Source: Auanema rhodensis
Taxonomy: Eukaryota; Animalia; Nematoda
Assembly: GCA_964057225.1 (NCBI GenBank)
Contig: OZ059900.1
Coordinates: forward strand, 1,922,001-1,986,000
DNA: 64,000 nt
Direction of reading: 5' to 3'
Shown here: in pieces, positions 28,062 through 41,964 of the stretch
Layout: each line of letters starts with the position of its first letter
How positions within the stretch are numbered: the first letter of the stretch is position 1
Made by a program: the position numbers and the translations under genes
The notes under the pieces: generated by a model
Seen by the model: the letters and a program-made list of their open reading frames with translations, nothing else
Database searches by the model: none
What the model was told of the DNA's origin: nothing

Positions 28062-31000
28062 TACACTAAGTATGGTCGTTTTTATGCCTTTAACACCATA
28101 TACTCACCGATTTTTGGTACAAAATCTGTAATACTCGTAAATTTTGATCATATTTGTTAAGATTTGAGAATCAAACATACAATACACAAAATCAATCTAT
28201 TTTTATGAGCTTGCACTGATATATATTCATTTTGATCAAAAAAGGTCGAAAATAGAAAGAATTTTTGAAATTTCCGAGTTTTGAGTCTAATTTGGCTAAA
28301 TCGCTCATATATAAGATCAGAAGCATAGTTTTATTGTCTATGACAACAAAAATCATCAATTAAACGCTAGTGATATTTAAATACTGATTTTCGCTCAAAT
28401 AGCATTACTACACTAAGTATGGTCGTTTTTATGCCTTTAACACCATATACTCACCGATTTTTGGTACAAAATCTGTAATACTCGTAAATTTTGATCATAT
28501 TCGTTAAGATTTGAAAATCAAACACACAATAAACAAAATCAGTCTATTTTTATGAGTTTGCACTGATATATATTCATTTTGATCAAAAAAGGTCGAAAAT
28601 AGAAAGAATTTTTGAATTTTCCGAGTTTTGAGTCCAATTGGGCTAAATCGCTCATATATATAATCAAAAGCATAGTTTTACTGTCTATGATAACAAAAGT
28701 CATCAATTAAACGCTAGTGATGTTTAAATACTGATTTTCGCTCAAATAGCATTACTACACTAAGTATGGTCGTTTTTATGCCTTTAACACCATATACTCA
28801 CCGATTTTTGGTACAAAATCTGTGATACTCGTAAATTTTGATCATATTCGGTGAGATTCGAGAATCAAACACACAATACACGAAATAAGTTTATTTTTAT
28901 GAGTTTGCACTGATATATATTCATTTTGATCAAAAAAGGTCGAAAATAGAAAGAATTTTTGAATTTTCCGAGTTTTGAGTCTAATTTGGCTAAATCGCTC
29001 ATATATATGATCAAAAGCATAGTTTTATTGTCTATAACAACAAAAGTCATCAATTAAACGCTAGTGATGTTTAAATACTGAATTTCGCTCAAATAGCATT
29101 ACTACACTAAGTATGGTCGTTTTTATGCCTTTAACACCATATACTCACCGATTTTTGGTACAAAATCTGTAATACTCGTAAATTTTGATCATATTCGTTA
29201 AGATTTGAGAATCAAACACACAATACACGAAATAAGTTTATTTTGACGAGTTTGCACTGATATTTATTCATTTTGATCAAAAAAGGTCGAAAATAGAAAG
29301 AATTTTTGAATTTTCCGAGTTTTGAGTCCAATTGGGCTAAATCGCTCATATATATGATCAAAAGCATAGTTTTACTGTCTATGATAACAAAAGTCTTCAA
29401 ATATACACTAATAATGATTAAATCACTGAATTTCACTCAAATAGCATTACTACACTAAGTATGGTCGTTTTTATGCCTTTAACACCATATACTCACCGAT
29501 TTTTGGTACAAAATCTGTGATACTCGTAAATTTTGATCATATTCGGTGAGATTCGAGAATCGAACACACAATACACGAAATAAGTCTATTTTTACGAGTT
29601 TGCACTGATATTTATTCATTTTGATCAAAAAAGGTCGAAAATAGAAAGAATTTTTGAAATTTCCGAGTTTTGAGTCTAATTTGGCTAAATCGCTCATATA
29701 TATGATCAAAAGCATAGTTTTACTGTCTATGATAACAAAAGTCTTCAAATATACACTAGTAATGTGTAAATCACTGAATTTCACTCAAATAGCTTTACTA
29801 CACTAAGTATGGTCGTTTTTATGCCTTTAACACCATATACTCACCGATTTTTGGTACAAAATCTGTAATACTCGTAAATTTCGATCATATTCGTTAAGAT
29901 TCGAGAATCAAACACACAATACACGAAATAAGTTTATTTTTACCAGTTTGCACTGATATTTATTCATTTTGATCAAAAAAGGTCGAAAATAGAAAGAATT
30001 TTTGAATTTTCCGAGTTTTGAGTCCAATTGGGCTAAATCGCTCATATATATGATCAAAAGCATAGTTTCACTGTCTATGATAACAAAAGTCTTCAAATAT
30101 ACACTAGTAATGATTAAATCACTGAATTTCACTCAAATAGCTTTACTACACTAAGTATGGTCGTTTTTATGCCTTTAACACCATATACTCACCGATTTTT
30201 GGTACAAAATCTGTGATACTCGTAAATTTTGATCATATTCGGTGAGATTCGAGAATCAAACACACAATACACGAAATAAGTTTATTTTTACGAGTTTGCA
30301 CTGATATTTATTCATTTTGATCAAAAAAGGTCGAAAATAGAAAGAATTTTTGAAATTTCCGAGTTTTGAGTCTAATTTGGCTAAATCGCTCATATATATG
30401 ATCAAAAGCATAGTTTTATTGTCTATGATAACAAAAGTCTTCAAATATACACTAATAATGTGTAAATCACTGAATTTCACTCAAATAGCTTTACTACACT
30501 AAGTATGGTCGTTTTTATGCCTTTAACACCATATACTCACCGATTTTTGGTACAAAATCTGTGATACTCGTAAATTTTGATCATATTCGTTAAGATTTGA
30601 GAATCAAACATACAATACACAAAATCAGTCTATTTTTATGAGCTTGCACTGATATATATTCATTTTGATCAAAAAAGGTCGAAAATAGAAAGAATTTTTG
30701 AAATTTCCGAGTTTTGAGTCTAATTTGGCTAAATCGCTCATATATAAGATCAGAAGCATAGTTTTATTGTCTATGACAACAAAAATCATCAATTAAACGC
30801 TAGTGATATTTAAATACTGATTTTCGCTCAAATAGCATTACTACACTAAGTATGGTCGTTTTTATGCCTTTAACACCATATACTCACCGATTTTTGGTAC
30901 AAAATCTGTAATACTCGTAAATTTTGATCATATTCGGTGAGATTCGAGAATCAAACACACAATACACAAAATAAGTTTATTTTGACGAGTTTGCACTGAT

Positions 31001-34000
31001 ATTTATTCATTTTGATCAAAAAAGGTCGAAAATAGAAAGAATTTTTGAAATTTCCGAGTTTTGAGTCTAATTTGGCTAAATCGCTCATATATATGATCAA
31101 AAGCATAGTTTTATTGTCTATGACAACAAAAGTCATCAATTAAACGCTAGTGATGTTTAAATACTGAATTTCGCTCAAGTAGCATTACTACACTAAGTAT
31201 GGTCGTTTTTATGCCTTTAACACCATATACTCACCGATTTTTGGTACAAAATCTGTAATACTCGTAAATTTTGATCATATTCGGTGAGATTCGAGAATCA
31301 AACACACAATACACGAAATAAGTTTATTTTGACGAGTTTGCACTGATATTTATTCATTTTGATCAAAAAAGGTCGAAAATAGAAAGAATTTTTGAATTTT
31401 CCGAGTTTTGAGTCCAATTGGGCTAAATCGCTCATATATATGATCAAAAGCATAGTTTTACTGTCTATGATAACAAAAGTCTTCAAATATACACTAATAA
31501 TGATTAAATCACTGAATTTCACTCAAATAACATTACTACACTAAGTATGGTCGTTTTTATGCCTTTAACACCATATACTCACCGATTTTTGGTACAAAAT
31601 CTGTGATACTCGTAAATTTTGATCATATTCGGTGAGATTCGAGAATCGAACACACAATACACGAAATAAGTCTATTTTTACGAGTTTGCACTGATATTTA
31701 TTCATTTTGATCAAAAAAGGTCGAAAATAGAAAGAATTTTTGAAATTTCCGAGTTTTGAGTCTAATTTGGCTAAATCGCTCATATATATGATCAAAAGCA
31801 TAGTTTTACTGTCTATGATAACAAAAGTCTTCAAATATACACTAATAATGTGTAAATCACTGAATTTCACTCAAATAGCTTTACTACACTAAGTATGGTC
31901 GTTTTTATGCCTTTAACACCATATACTCACCGATTTTTGGTACAAAATCTGTGATACTCGTAAATTTTGATCATATTCGGTGAGATTCGAGAATCGAACA
32001 CACAATACACGAAATAAGTCTATTTTTACGAGTTTGCACTGATATTTATTCATTTTGATCAAAAAAGGTCGAAAATAGAAAGAATTTTTGAAATTTCCGA
32101 GTTTTGAGTCTAATTTGGCTAAATCGCTCATATATATGATCAAAAGCATAGTTTTACTGTCTATGATAACAAAAGTCTTCAAATATACACTAATAATGTG
32201 TAAATCACTGAATTTCACTCAAATAGCTTTACTACACTAAGTATGGTCGTTTTTATGCCTTTAACACCATATACTCACCGATTTTTGGTACAAAATCTGT
32301 AATACTCGTAAATTTCGATCATATTCGTTAAGATTCGAGAATCAAACACACAATACACGAAATAAGTTTATTTCTACCAGTTTGCACTGATATTTATTCA
32401 TTTTGATCAAAAAAGGTCGAAAATAGAAAGAATTTTTGAATTTTCCGAGTTTTGAGTCCAATTGGGCTAAATCGCTCATATATATGATCAAAAGCATAGT
32501 TTCACTGTCTATGATAACAAAAGTCTTCAAATATACACTAGTAATGATTAAATCACTGAATTTCACTCAAATAGCTTTACTACACTAAGTATGGTCGTTT
32601 TTATGCCTTTAACACCATATACTCACCGATTTTTGGTACAAAATCTGTGATACTCGTAAATTTTGATCATATTCGGTGAGATTCGAGAATCAAACACACA
32701 ATACACGAAATAAGTTTATTTTTACGAGTTTGCACTGATATTTATTCATTTTGATCAAAAAAGGTCGAAAATAGAAAGAATTTTTGAAATTTCCGAGTTT
32801 TGAGTCTAATTTGGCTAAATCGCTCATATATATGATCAAAAGCATAGTTTTACTGTCTATGATAACAAAAGTCTTCAAATATACACTAATAATGTGTAAA
32901 TCACTGAATTTCACTCAAATAGCTTTACTACACTAAGTATGGTCGTTTTTATGCCTTTAACACCATATACTCACCGATTTTTGGTACAAAATCTGTGATA
33001 CTCGTAAATTTTGATCATATTCGTTAAGATTTGAGAATCAAACATACAATACACAAAATCAGTCTATTTTTATGAGCTTGCACTGATATATATTCATTTT
33101 GATCAAAAAAGGTCGAAAATAGAAAGAATTTTTGAAATTTCCGAGTTTTGAGTCTAATTTGGCTAAATCGCTCATATATAAGATCAGAAGCATAGTTTTA
33201 TTGTCTATGACAACAAAAATCATCAATTAAACGCTAGTGATATTTAAATACTGATTTTCGCTCAAATAGCATTACTACACTAAGTATGGTCGTTTTTATG
33301 CCTTTAACACCATATACTCACCGATTTTTGGTACAAAATCTGTAATACTCGTAAATTTTGATCATATTCGGTGAGATTCGAGAATCAAACACACAATACA
33401 CGAAATAAGTTTATTTTGACGAGTTTGCACTGATATTTATTCATTTTGATCAAAAAAGGTCGAAAATAGAAAGAATTTTTGAATTTTCCGAGTTTTGAGT
33501 CCAATTGGGCTAAATCGCTCATATATATGATCAAAAGCATAGTTTTACTGTCTATGATAACAAAAGTCTTCAAATATACACTAATAATGATTAAATCACT
33601 GAATTTCACTCAAATAGCATTACTACACTAAGTATGGTCGTTTTTATGCCTTTAACACCATATACTCACCGATTTTTGGTACAAAATCTGTGATACTCGT
33701 AAATTTTGATCATATTCGGTGAGATTCGAGAATCGAACACACAATACACGAAATAAGTCTATTTTTACGAGTTTGCACTGATATTTATTCATTTTGATCA
33801 AAAAAGGTCGAAAATAGAAAGAATTTTTGAAATTTCCGAGTTTTGAGTCTAATTTGGCTAAATCGCTCATATATATGATCAAAAGCATAGTTTTACTGTC
33901 TATGATAACAAAAGTCTTCAAATATACACTAATAATGTGTAAATCACTGAATTTCACTCAAATAGCTTTACTACACTAAGTATGGTCGTTTTTATGCCTT

Positions 34001-36607
34001 TAACACCATATACTCACCGATTTTTGGTACAAAATCTGTAATACTCGTAAATTTTGATCATATTCGTTAAGATTCGAGAATCAAACACACAATACACGAA
34101 ATAAGTTTATTTTTACCAGTTTGCACTGATATTTATTCATTTTGATCAAAAAAGGTCGAAAATAGAAAGAATTTTTGAATTTTCCGAGTTTTGAGTCCAA
34201 TTGGGCTAAATCGCTCATATATATGATCAAAAGCATAGTTTCACTGTCTATGATAACAAAAGTCTTCAAATATACACTAGTAATGATTAAATCACTGAAT
34301 TTCACTCAAATAGCTTTACTACACTAAGTATGGTCGTTTTTATGCCTTTAACACCATATACTCACCGATTTTTGGTACAAAATCTGTAATACTCGTAAAT
34401 TTTGATCATATCCGTTAAGATTCGAGAATCAAACACACAATACACGAAATAAGTTTATTTTTACGAGTTTGCACTGATATTTATTCATTTTGATCAAAAA
34501 AGGTCGAAAATAGAAAGAATTTTTGAATTTTCCGAGTTTTGAGTCCAATTGGGCTAAATCGCTCATATATATGATCAAAAGCATAGTTTCACTGTCTATG
34601 ATAACAAAAGTCTTCAAATATACACTAGTAATGATTAAATCACTGAATTTCACTCAAATAGCTTTACTACACTAAGTATGGTCGTTTTTATGCCTTTAAC
34701 ACCATATACTCACCGATTTTTGGTACAAAATCTGTAATACTCGTAAATTTTGATCATATCCGTTAAGATTCGAGAATCAAACACACAATACACAAAATAA
34801 GTTTATTTTTACGAGTTTGCACTGATATTTATTCATTTTGATCAAAAAAGGTCGAAAATAGAAAGAATTTTTGAAATTTCCGAGTTTTGAGTCCAATTTG
34901 GCTAAATCGCTCATATATATGATCAAAAGCATAGTTCTATTGTCTATAACAACAAAAGTCTTTAATTAAACGCTAGTGATGTTTTAATACTGAATTTCGC
35001 TCAAATAGCATTACTACACTAAGTATGGTCGTTTTTATGCCTTTAACACCATATACTCACCGATTTTTGGTACAAAATCTGTAATACTTGTAAATTTTGA
35101 TCATATTCGTTAAGATTCGAAAATCAAACACACAATACACGAAATAAGTTTATTTTTACAAGTTTGCACTGATATTTATTCATTTTGATCAAAAAAGGTC
35201 GAAAATAGAAAGAATTTTTGAAATTTCCGAGTTTTGAGTCTAATTTGGCTAAATCGCTCATATATATGATCAGAAGCATAAGTGTATTGTCTATGACAAC
35301 AAAAGTCATCAATTAAACGCTAGTGATGTTTAAATACTGAATTTCGCTCAAATAGCATTACTACACTAAGTATGGTCGTTTTTATGCCTTTAACACCATA
35401 TACTCACCGATTTTTGGTACAAAATCTGTAATACTCGTAAATTTTGATCATATTCGTTCAGATTTGAGAATCAAACATACAATACACAAGATGAATCTAT
35501 TTTTATGAGCTTGCACTGATATATATTCATTTTGATCAAAAAAGGTCGAAAATAGAAAGAATTTTTGAACTTTCCGAGTTTTGAGTCTAACTTGGCTAAA
35601 TCGCTCATTTATATGATCAAAAGCATAGTTTTACTGTCTATGATAACAAAAGTCTTCAAATATACACTAATAATGTGTAAATCACTGAATTTCACTCAAA
35701 TAGCTTTACTACACTAAGTATGGTCGTTTTTATGCCTTTAACACCATATACTCACCGATTTTTGGTACAAAATCTGTAATACTCGTAAATTTCGATCATA
35801 TTCGTTAAGATTCGAGAATCAAACACACAATACACGAAATAAGTTTATTTTTACCAGTTTGCACTGATATTTATTCATTTTGATCAAAAAAGGTCGAAAA
35901 TAGAAAGAATTTTTGAATTTTCCGAGTTTTGAGTCCAATTGGGCTAAATCGCTCATATATATGATCAAAAGCATAGTTTCACTGTCTATGATAACAAAAG
36001 TCTTCAAATATACACTAGTAATGATTAAATCACTGAATTTCACTCAAATAGCTTTACTACACTAAGTATGGTCGTTTTTATGCCTTTAACACCATATACT
36101 CACCGATTTTTGGTACAAAATCTGTAATACTCGTAAATTTTGATCATATCCGTTAAGATTCGAGAATCAAACACACAATACACGAAATAAGTTTATTTTT
36201 ACGAGTTTGCACTGATATTTATTCATTTTGATCAAAAAAGGTCGAAAATAGAAAGAATTTTTGAATTTTCCGAGTTTTGAGTCCAATTGGGCTAAATCGC
36301 TCATATATATGATCAAAAGCATAGTTTCACTGTCTATGATAACAAAAGTCTTCAAATATACACTAGTAATGATTAAATCACTGAATTTCACTCAAATAGC
36401 TTTACTACACTAAGTATGGTCGTTTTTATGCCTTTAACACCATATACTCACCGATTTTTGGTACAAAATCTGTAATACTCGTAAATTTTGATCATATCCG
36501 TTACGATTCGAGAATCAAACACACAATACACGAAATAAGTTTATTTTTACGAGTTTGCACTGATATTTATTCATTTTGATCAAAAAAGGTCGAAAATAGA
36601 AAGAATT
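28062..36607. repeat. Block duplication copy 2 (partner of 15200-23745)
   Basis: Same monomer order and rare variants as copy 1, with at least one difference (ACTAGTAATGTG near 29759 versus ACTAATAATGTG near 16897). Confidence 0.9.
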
Positions 36608-39600
36608 TTTGAATTTTCCGAGTTTTGAGTCCAATTGGGCTAAATCGCTCATATATATGATCAAAAGCATAGTTTCACTGTCTATGATAACAAAAGTCTT
36701 CAAATATACACTAGTAATGATTAAATCACTGAATTTCACTCAAATAGCTTTACTACACTAAGTATGGTCGTTTTTATGCCTTTAACACCATATACTCACC
36801 GATTTTTGGTACAAAATCTGTAATACTTGTAAATTTTGATCATATTCGTTAAGATTTGAGAATCAAACACATAATACACGAAATAAGTCTTTTTTTACAA
36901 GTTTGCACTGATATTTATTCATTTTGATCAAAAAAGGTCGAAAATAGAAAGAATTTTTGAAATTTCCGAGTTTTGAGTCCAATTTGGCTAAATCGCTCAT
37001 ATATATGATCAAAAGCATAGTTCTATTGTCTATAACAACAAAAGTCTTTAATTAAACGCTAGTGATGTTTTAATACTGAATTTCGCTCAAATAGCATTAC
37101 TACACTAAGTATGGTCGTTTTTATGCCTTTAACACCATATACTCACCGATTTTTGGTACAAAATCTGTAATACTTGTAAATTTTGATCATATTTGTTAAG
37201 ATTCGAAAATCAAACACACAATACACGAAATAAGTTTATTTTTACAAGTTTGCACTGATATTTATTCATTTTGATCAAAAAAGGTCGAAAATAGAAAGAA
37301 TTTTTGAAATTTCCGAGTTTTGAGTCTAATTTGGCTAAATCGCTCATATATATGATCAGAAGCATAAGTGTATTGTCTATGACAACAAAAGTCATTAATT
37401 AAACGCTAGTGATGTTTAAATACTGAATTTCGCTCAAATAGCATTACTACACTAAGTATGGTCGTTTTTATGCCTTTAACACCATATACTCACCGATTTT
37501 TGGTACAAAATCTGTAATACTCGTAAATTTTGATCATATTCGGTGAGATTCGAGAATCAAACACACAATACACGAAATAAGTTTATTTTGACGAGTTTGC
37601 ACTGATATTTATTCATTTTGATCAAAAAAGGTCGAAAATAGAAAGAATTTTTGAAATTTCCGAGTTTTGAGTCTAATTTGGCTAAATCGCTCATATATAT
37701 GATCAAAAGCATAGTTTTACTGTCTATGATAACAAAAGTCTTCAAATATACACTAATAATGTGTAAATCACTGAATTTCACTCAAATAGCTTTACTACAC
37801 TAAGTATGGTCGTTTTTATGCCTTTAACACCATATACTCACCGATTTTTGGTACAAAATCTGTGATACTCGTAAATTTTGATCATATTCGTTAAGATTTG
37901 AGAATCAAACATACAATACACAAAATCAGTCTATTTTTATGAGCTTGCACTGATATATATTCATTTTGATCAAAAAAGGTCGAAAATAGAAAGAATTTTT
38001 GAAATTTCCGAGTTTTGAGTCTAATTTGGCTAAATCGCTCATATATAAGATCAGAAGCATAGTTTTATTGTCTATGACAACAAAAATCATCAATTAAACG
38101 CTAGTGATATTTAAATACTGATTTTCGCTCAAATAGCATTACTACACTAAGTATGGTCGTTTTTATGCCTTTAACACCATATACTCACCGATTTTTGGTA
38201 CAAAATCTGTAATACTCGTAAATTTTGATCATATTCGGTGAGATTCGAGAATCAAACACACAATACACGAAATAAGTTTATTTTGACGAGTTTGCACTGA
38301 TATTTATTCATTTTGATCAAAAAAGGTCGAAAATAGAAAGAATTTTTGAATTTTCCGAGTTTTGAGTCCAATTGGGCTAAATCGCTCATATATATGATCA
38401 AAAGCATAGTTTTACTGTCTATGATAACAAAAGTCTTCAAATATACACTAATAATGATTAAATCACTGAATTTCACTCAAATAGCATTACTACACTAAGT
38501 ATGGTCGTTTTTATGCCTTTAACACCATATACTCACCGATTTTTGGTACAAAATCTGTGATACTCGTAAATTTTGATCATATTCGTTGAGATTCGAGAAT
38601 CGAACACACAATACACGAAATAAGTCTATTTTTACGAGTTTGCACTGATATTTATTCATTTTGATCAAAAAAGGTCGAAAATAGAAAGAATTTTTGAAAT
38701 TTCCGAGTTTTGAGTCTAATTTGGCTAAATCGCTCATATATATGATCAAAAGCATAGTTTTACTGTCTATGATAACAAAAGTCTTCAAATATACACTAAT
38801 AATGTGTAAATCACTGAATTTCACTCAAATAGCTTTACTACACTAAGTATGGTCGTTTTTATGCCTTTAACACCATATACTCACCGATTTTTGGTACAAA
38901 ATCTGTAATACTCGTAAATTTCGATCATATTCGTTAAGATTCGAGAATCAAACACACAATACACGAAATAAGTTTATTTTTACCAGTTTGCACTGATATT
39001 TATTCATTTTGATCAAAAAAGGTCGAAAATAGAAAGAATTTTTGAATTTTCCGAGTTTTGAGTCCAATTGGGCTAAATCGCTCATATATATGATCAAAAG
39101 CATAGTTTCACTGTCTATGATAACAAAAGTCTTCAAATATACACTAGTAATGATTAAATCACTGAATTTCACTCAAATAGCTTTACTACACTAAGTATGG
39201 TCGTTTTTATGCCTTTAACACCATATACTCACCGATTTTTGGTACAAAATCTGTAATACTCGTAAATTTTGATCATATCCGTTAAGATTCGAGAATCAAA
39301 CACACAATACACGAAATAAGTTTATTTTTACGAGTTTGCACTGATATTTATTCATTTTGATCAAAAAAGGTCGAAAATAGAAAGAATTTTTGAATTTTCC
39401 GAGTTTTGAGTCCAATTGGGCTAAATCGCTCATATATATGATCAAAAGCATAGTTTCACTGTCTATGATAACAAAAGTCTTCAAATATACACTAGTAATG
39501 ATTAAATCACTGAATTTCACTCAAATAGCATTACTACACTAAGTATGGTCGTTTTTATGCCTTTAACACCATATACTCACCGATTTTTGGTACAAAATCT

Positions 39601-41964
39601 GTAATACTTGTAAATTTTGATCATATTCGTTAAGATTTGAGAATCAAACACATAATACACGAAATAAGTCTTTTTTTACAAGTTTGCACTGATATTTATT
39701 CATTTTGATCAAAAAAGGTCGAAAATAGAAAGAATTTTTGAAATTTCCGAGTTTTGAGTCCAATTTGGCTAAATCGCTCATATATATGATCAAAAGCATA
39801 GTTCTATTGTCTATAACAACAAAAGTCTTTAATTAAACGCTAGTGATGTTTTAATACTGAATTTCGCTCAAATAGCATTACTACACTAAGTATGGTCGTT
39901 TTTATGCCTTTAACACCATATACTCACCGATTTTTGGTACAAAATCTGTAATACTTGTAAATTTTGATCATATTCGTTAAGATTCGAAAATCAAACACAC
40001 AATACACGAAATAAGTTTATTTTTACAAGTTTGCACTGATATTTATTCATTTTGATCAAAAAAGGTCGAAAATAGAAAGAATTTTTGAAATTTCCGAGTT
40101 TTGAGTCTAATTTGGCTAAATCGCTCATATATATGATCAGAAGCATAAGTGTATTGTCTATGACAACAAAAGTCATTAATTAAACGCTAGTGATGTTTAA
40201 ATACTGAATTTCGCTCAAATAGCATTACTACACTAAGTATGGTCGTTTTTATGCCTTTAACACCATATACTCACCGATTTTTGGTACAAAATCTGTAATA
40301 CTCGTAAATTTTGATCATATTCGTTCAGATTTGAGAATCAAACATACAATACACAAGATGAATCTATTTTTATGAGCTTGCACTGATATATATTCATTTT
40401 GATCAAAAAAGGTCGAAAATAGAAAGAATTTTTGAACTTTCCGAGTTTTGAGTCTAATTTGGCTAAATCGCTCATTTATATGATCAAAAGCATAGTTTTA
40501 CTGTCTATGATAACAAAAGTCTTCAAATATACACTAATAATGTGTAAATCACTGAATTTCACTCAAATAGCTTTACTACACTAAGTATGGTCGTTTTTAT
40601 GCCTTTAACACCATATACTCACCGATTTTTGGTACAAAATCTGTAATACTCGTAAATTTCGATCATATTCGTTAAGATTCGAGAATCAAACACACAATAC
40701 ACGAAATAAGTTTATTTTTACCAGTTTGCACTGATATTTATTCATTTTGATCAAAAAAGGTCGAAAATAGAAAGAATTTTTGAATTTTCCGAGTTTTGAG
40801 TCCAATTGGGCTAAATCGCTCATATATATGATCAAAAGCATAGTTTCACTGTCTATGATAACAAAAGTCTTCAAATATACACTAGTAATGATTAAATCAC
40901 TGAATTTCACTCAAATAGCTTTACTTCACTAAGTATGGTCGTTTTTATGCCTTTAACACCATATACTCACCGATTTTTGGTACAAAATCTGTAATACTCG
41001 TAAATTTTGATCATATCCGTTAAGATTCGAGAATCAAACACACAATACACGAAATAAGATTATTTTTACGAGTTTGCACTGATATTTATTCATTTTGATC
41101 AAAAAAGGTCGAAAATAGAAAGAATTTTTGAATTTTCCGAGTTTTGAGTCCAATTGGGCTAAATCGCTCATATATATGATCAGAAGCATAAGTGTATTGT
41201 CTATGACAACAAAAGTCATTAAATAAACGCTAGTGATGTTTAAATACTGAATTTCGCTCAAATAGCATTACTACACTAAGTATGGTCGTTTTATGCCTTT
41301 AACACCATATACTCACCGATTTTTGGTACAAAATCTGTAATACTCGTAAATTTTGATCATATTCGTTCAGATTTGAGAATCAAACATACAATACACAAGA
41401 TGAATCTATTTTTATGAGCTTGCACTGATATATATTCATTTTGATCAAAAAAGGTCGAAAATAGAAAGAATTTTTGAACTTTCCGAGTTTTGAGTCTAAT
41501 TTGGCTAAATCGCTCATTTATATGATCAGAAGCATAGTTTTATTGTCTATGACAACAAAAGTCATCAATTAAACGCTAGTGATGTTTAAATACTGATTTT
41601 CGCTCAAATAGCATTACTACACTAAGTATGGTCGTTTTTATGCCTTTAACACCATATACTCACCGATTTTTGGTACAAAATCTGTAGTACTTGTAAATTT
41701 TGATCATATTCGTTAAGATTCGAGAATCAAACACATAATACACGAAATAAGTCTAGTTTTATGAGTTTGCACTGATATTTATTCATTTTAATCAAAAAAG
41801 GTCGAAAATAGAAAGAATTTTTGAATTTTCCGAGTTTTGAGTCCAATTGGGCTAAATCTCTCATATATATGATCAAAAGCATAGTTTTACTGTCTATGAT
41901 AACAAAAGTCTTCAAATATACACTAATAATGTGTAAATCACTGAATTTCACTCAAATAGCATTA

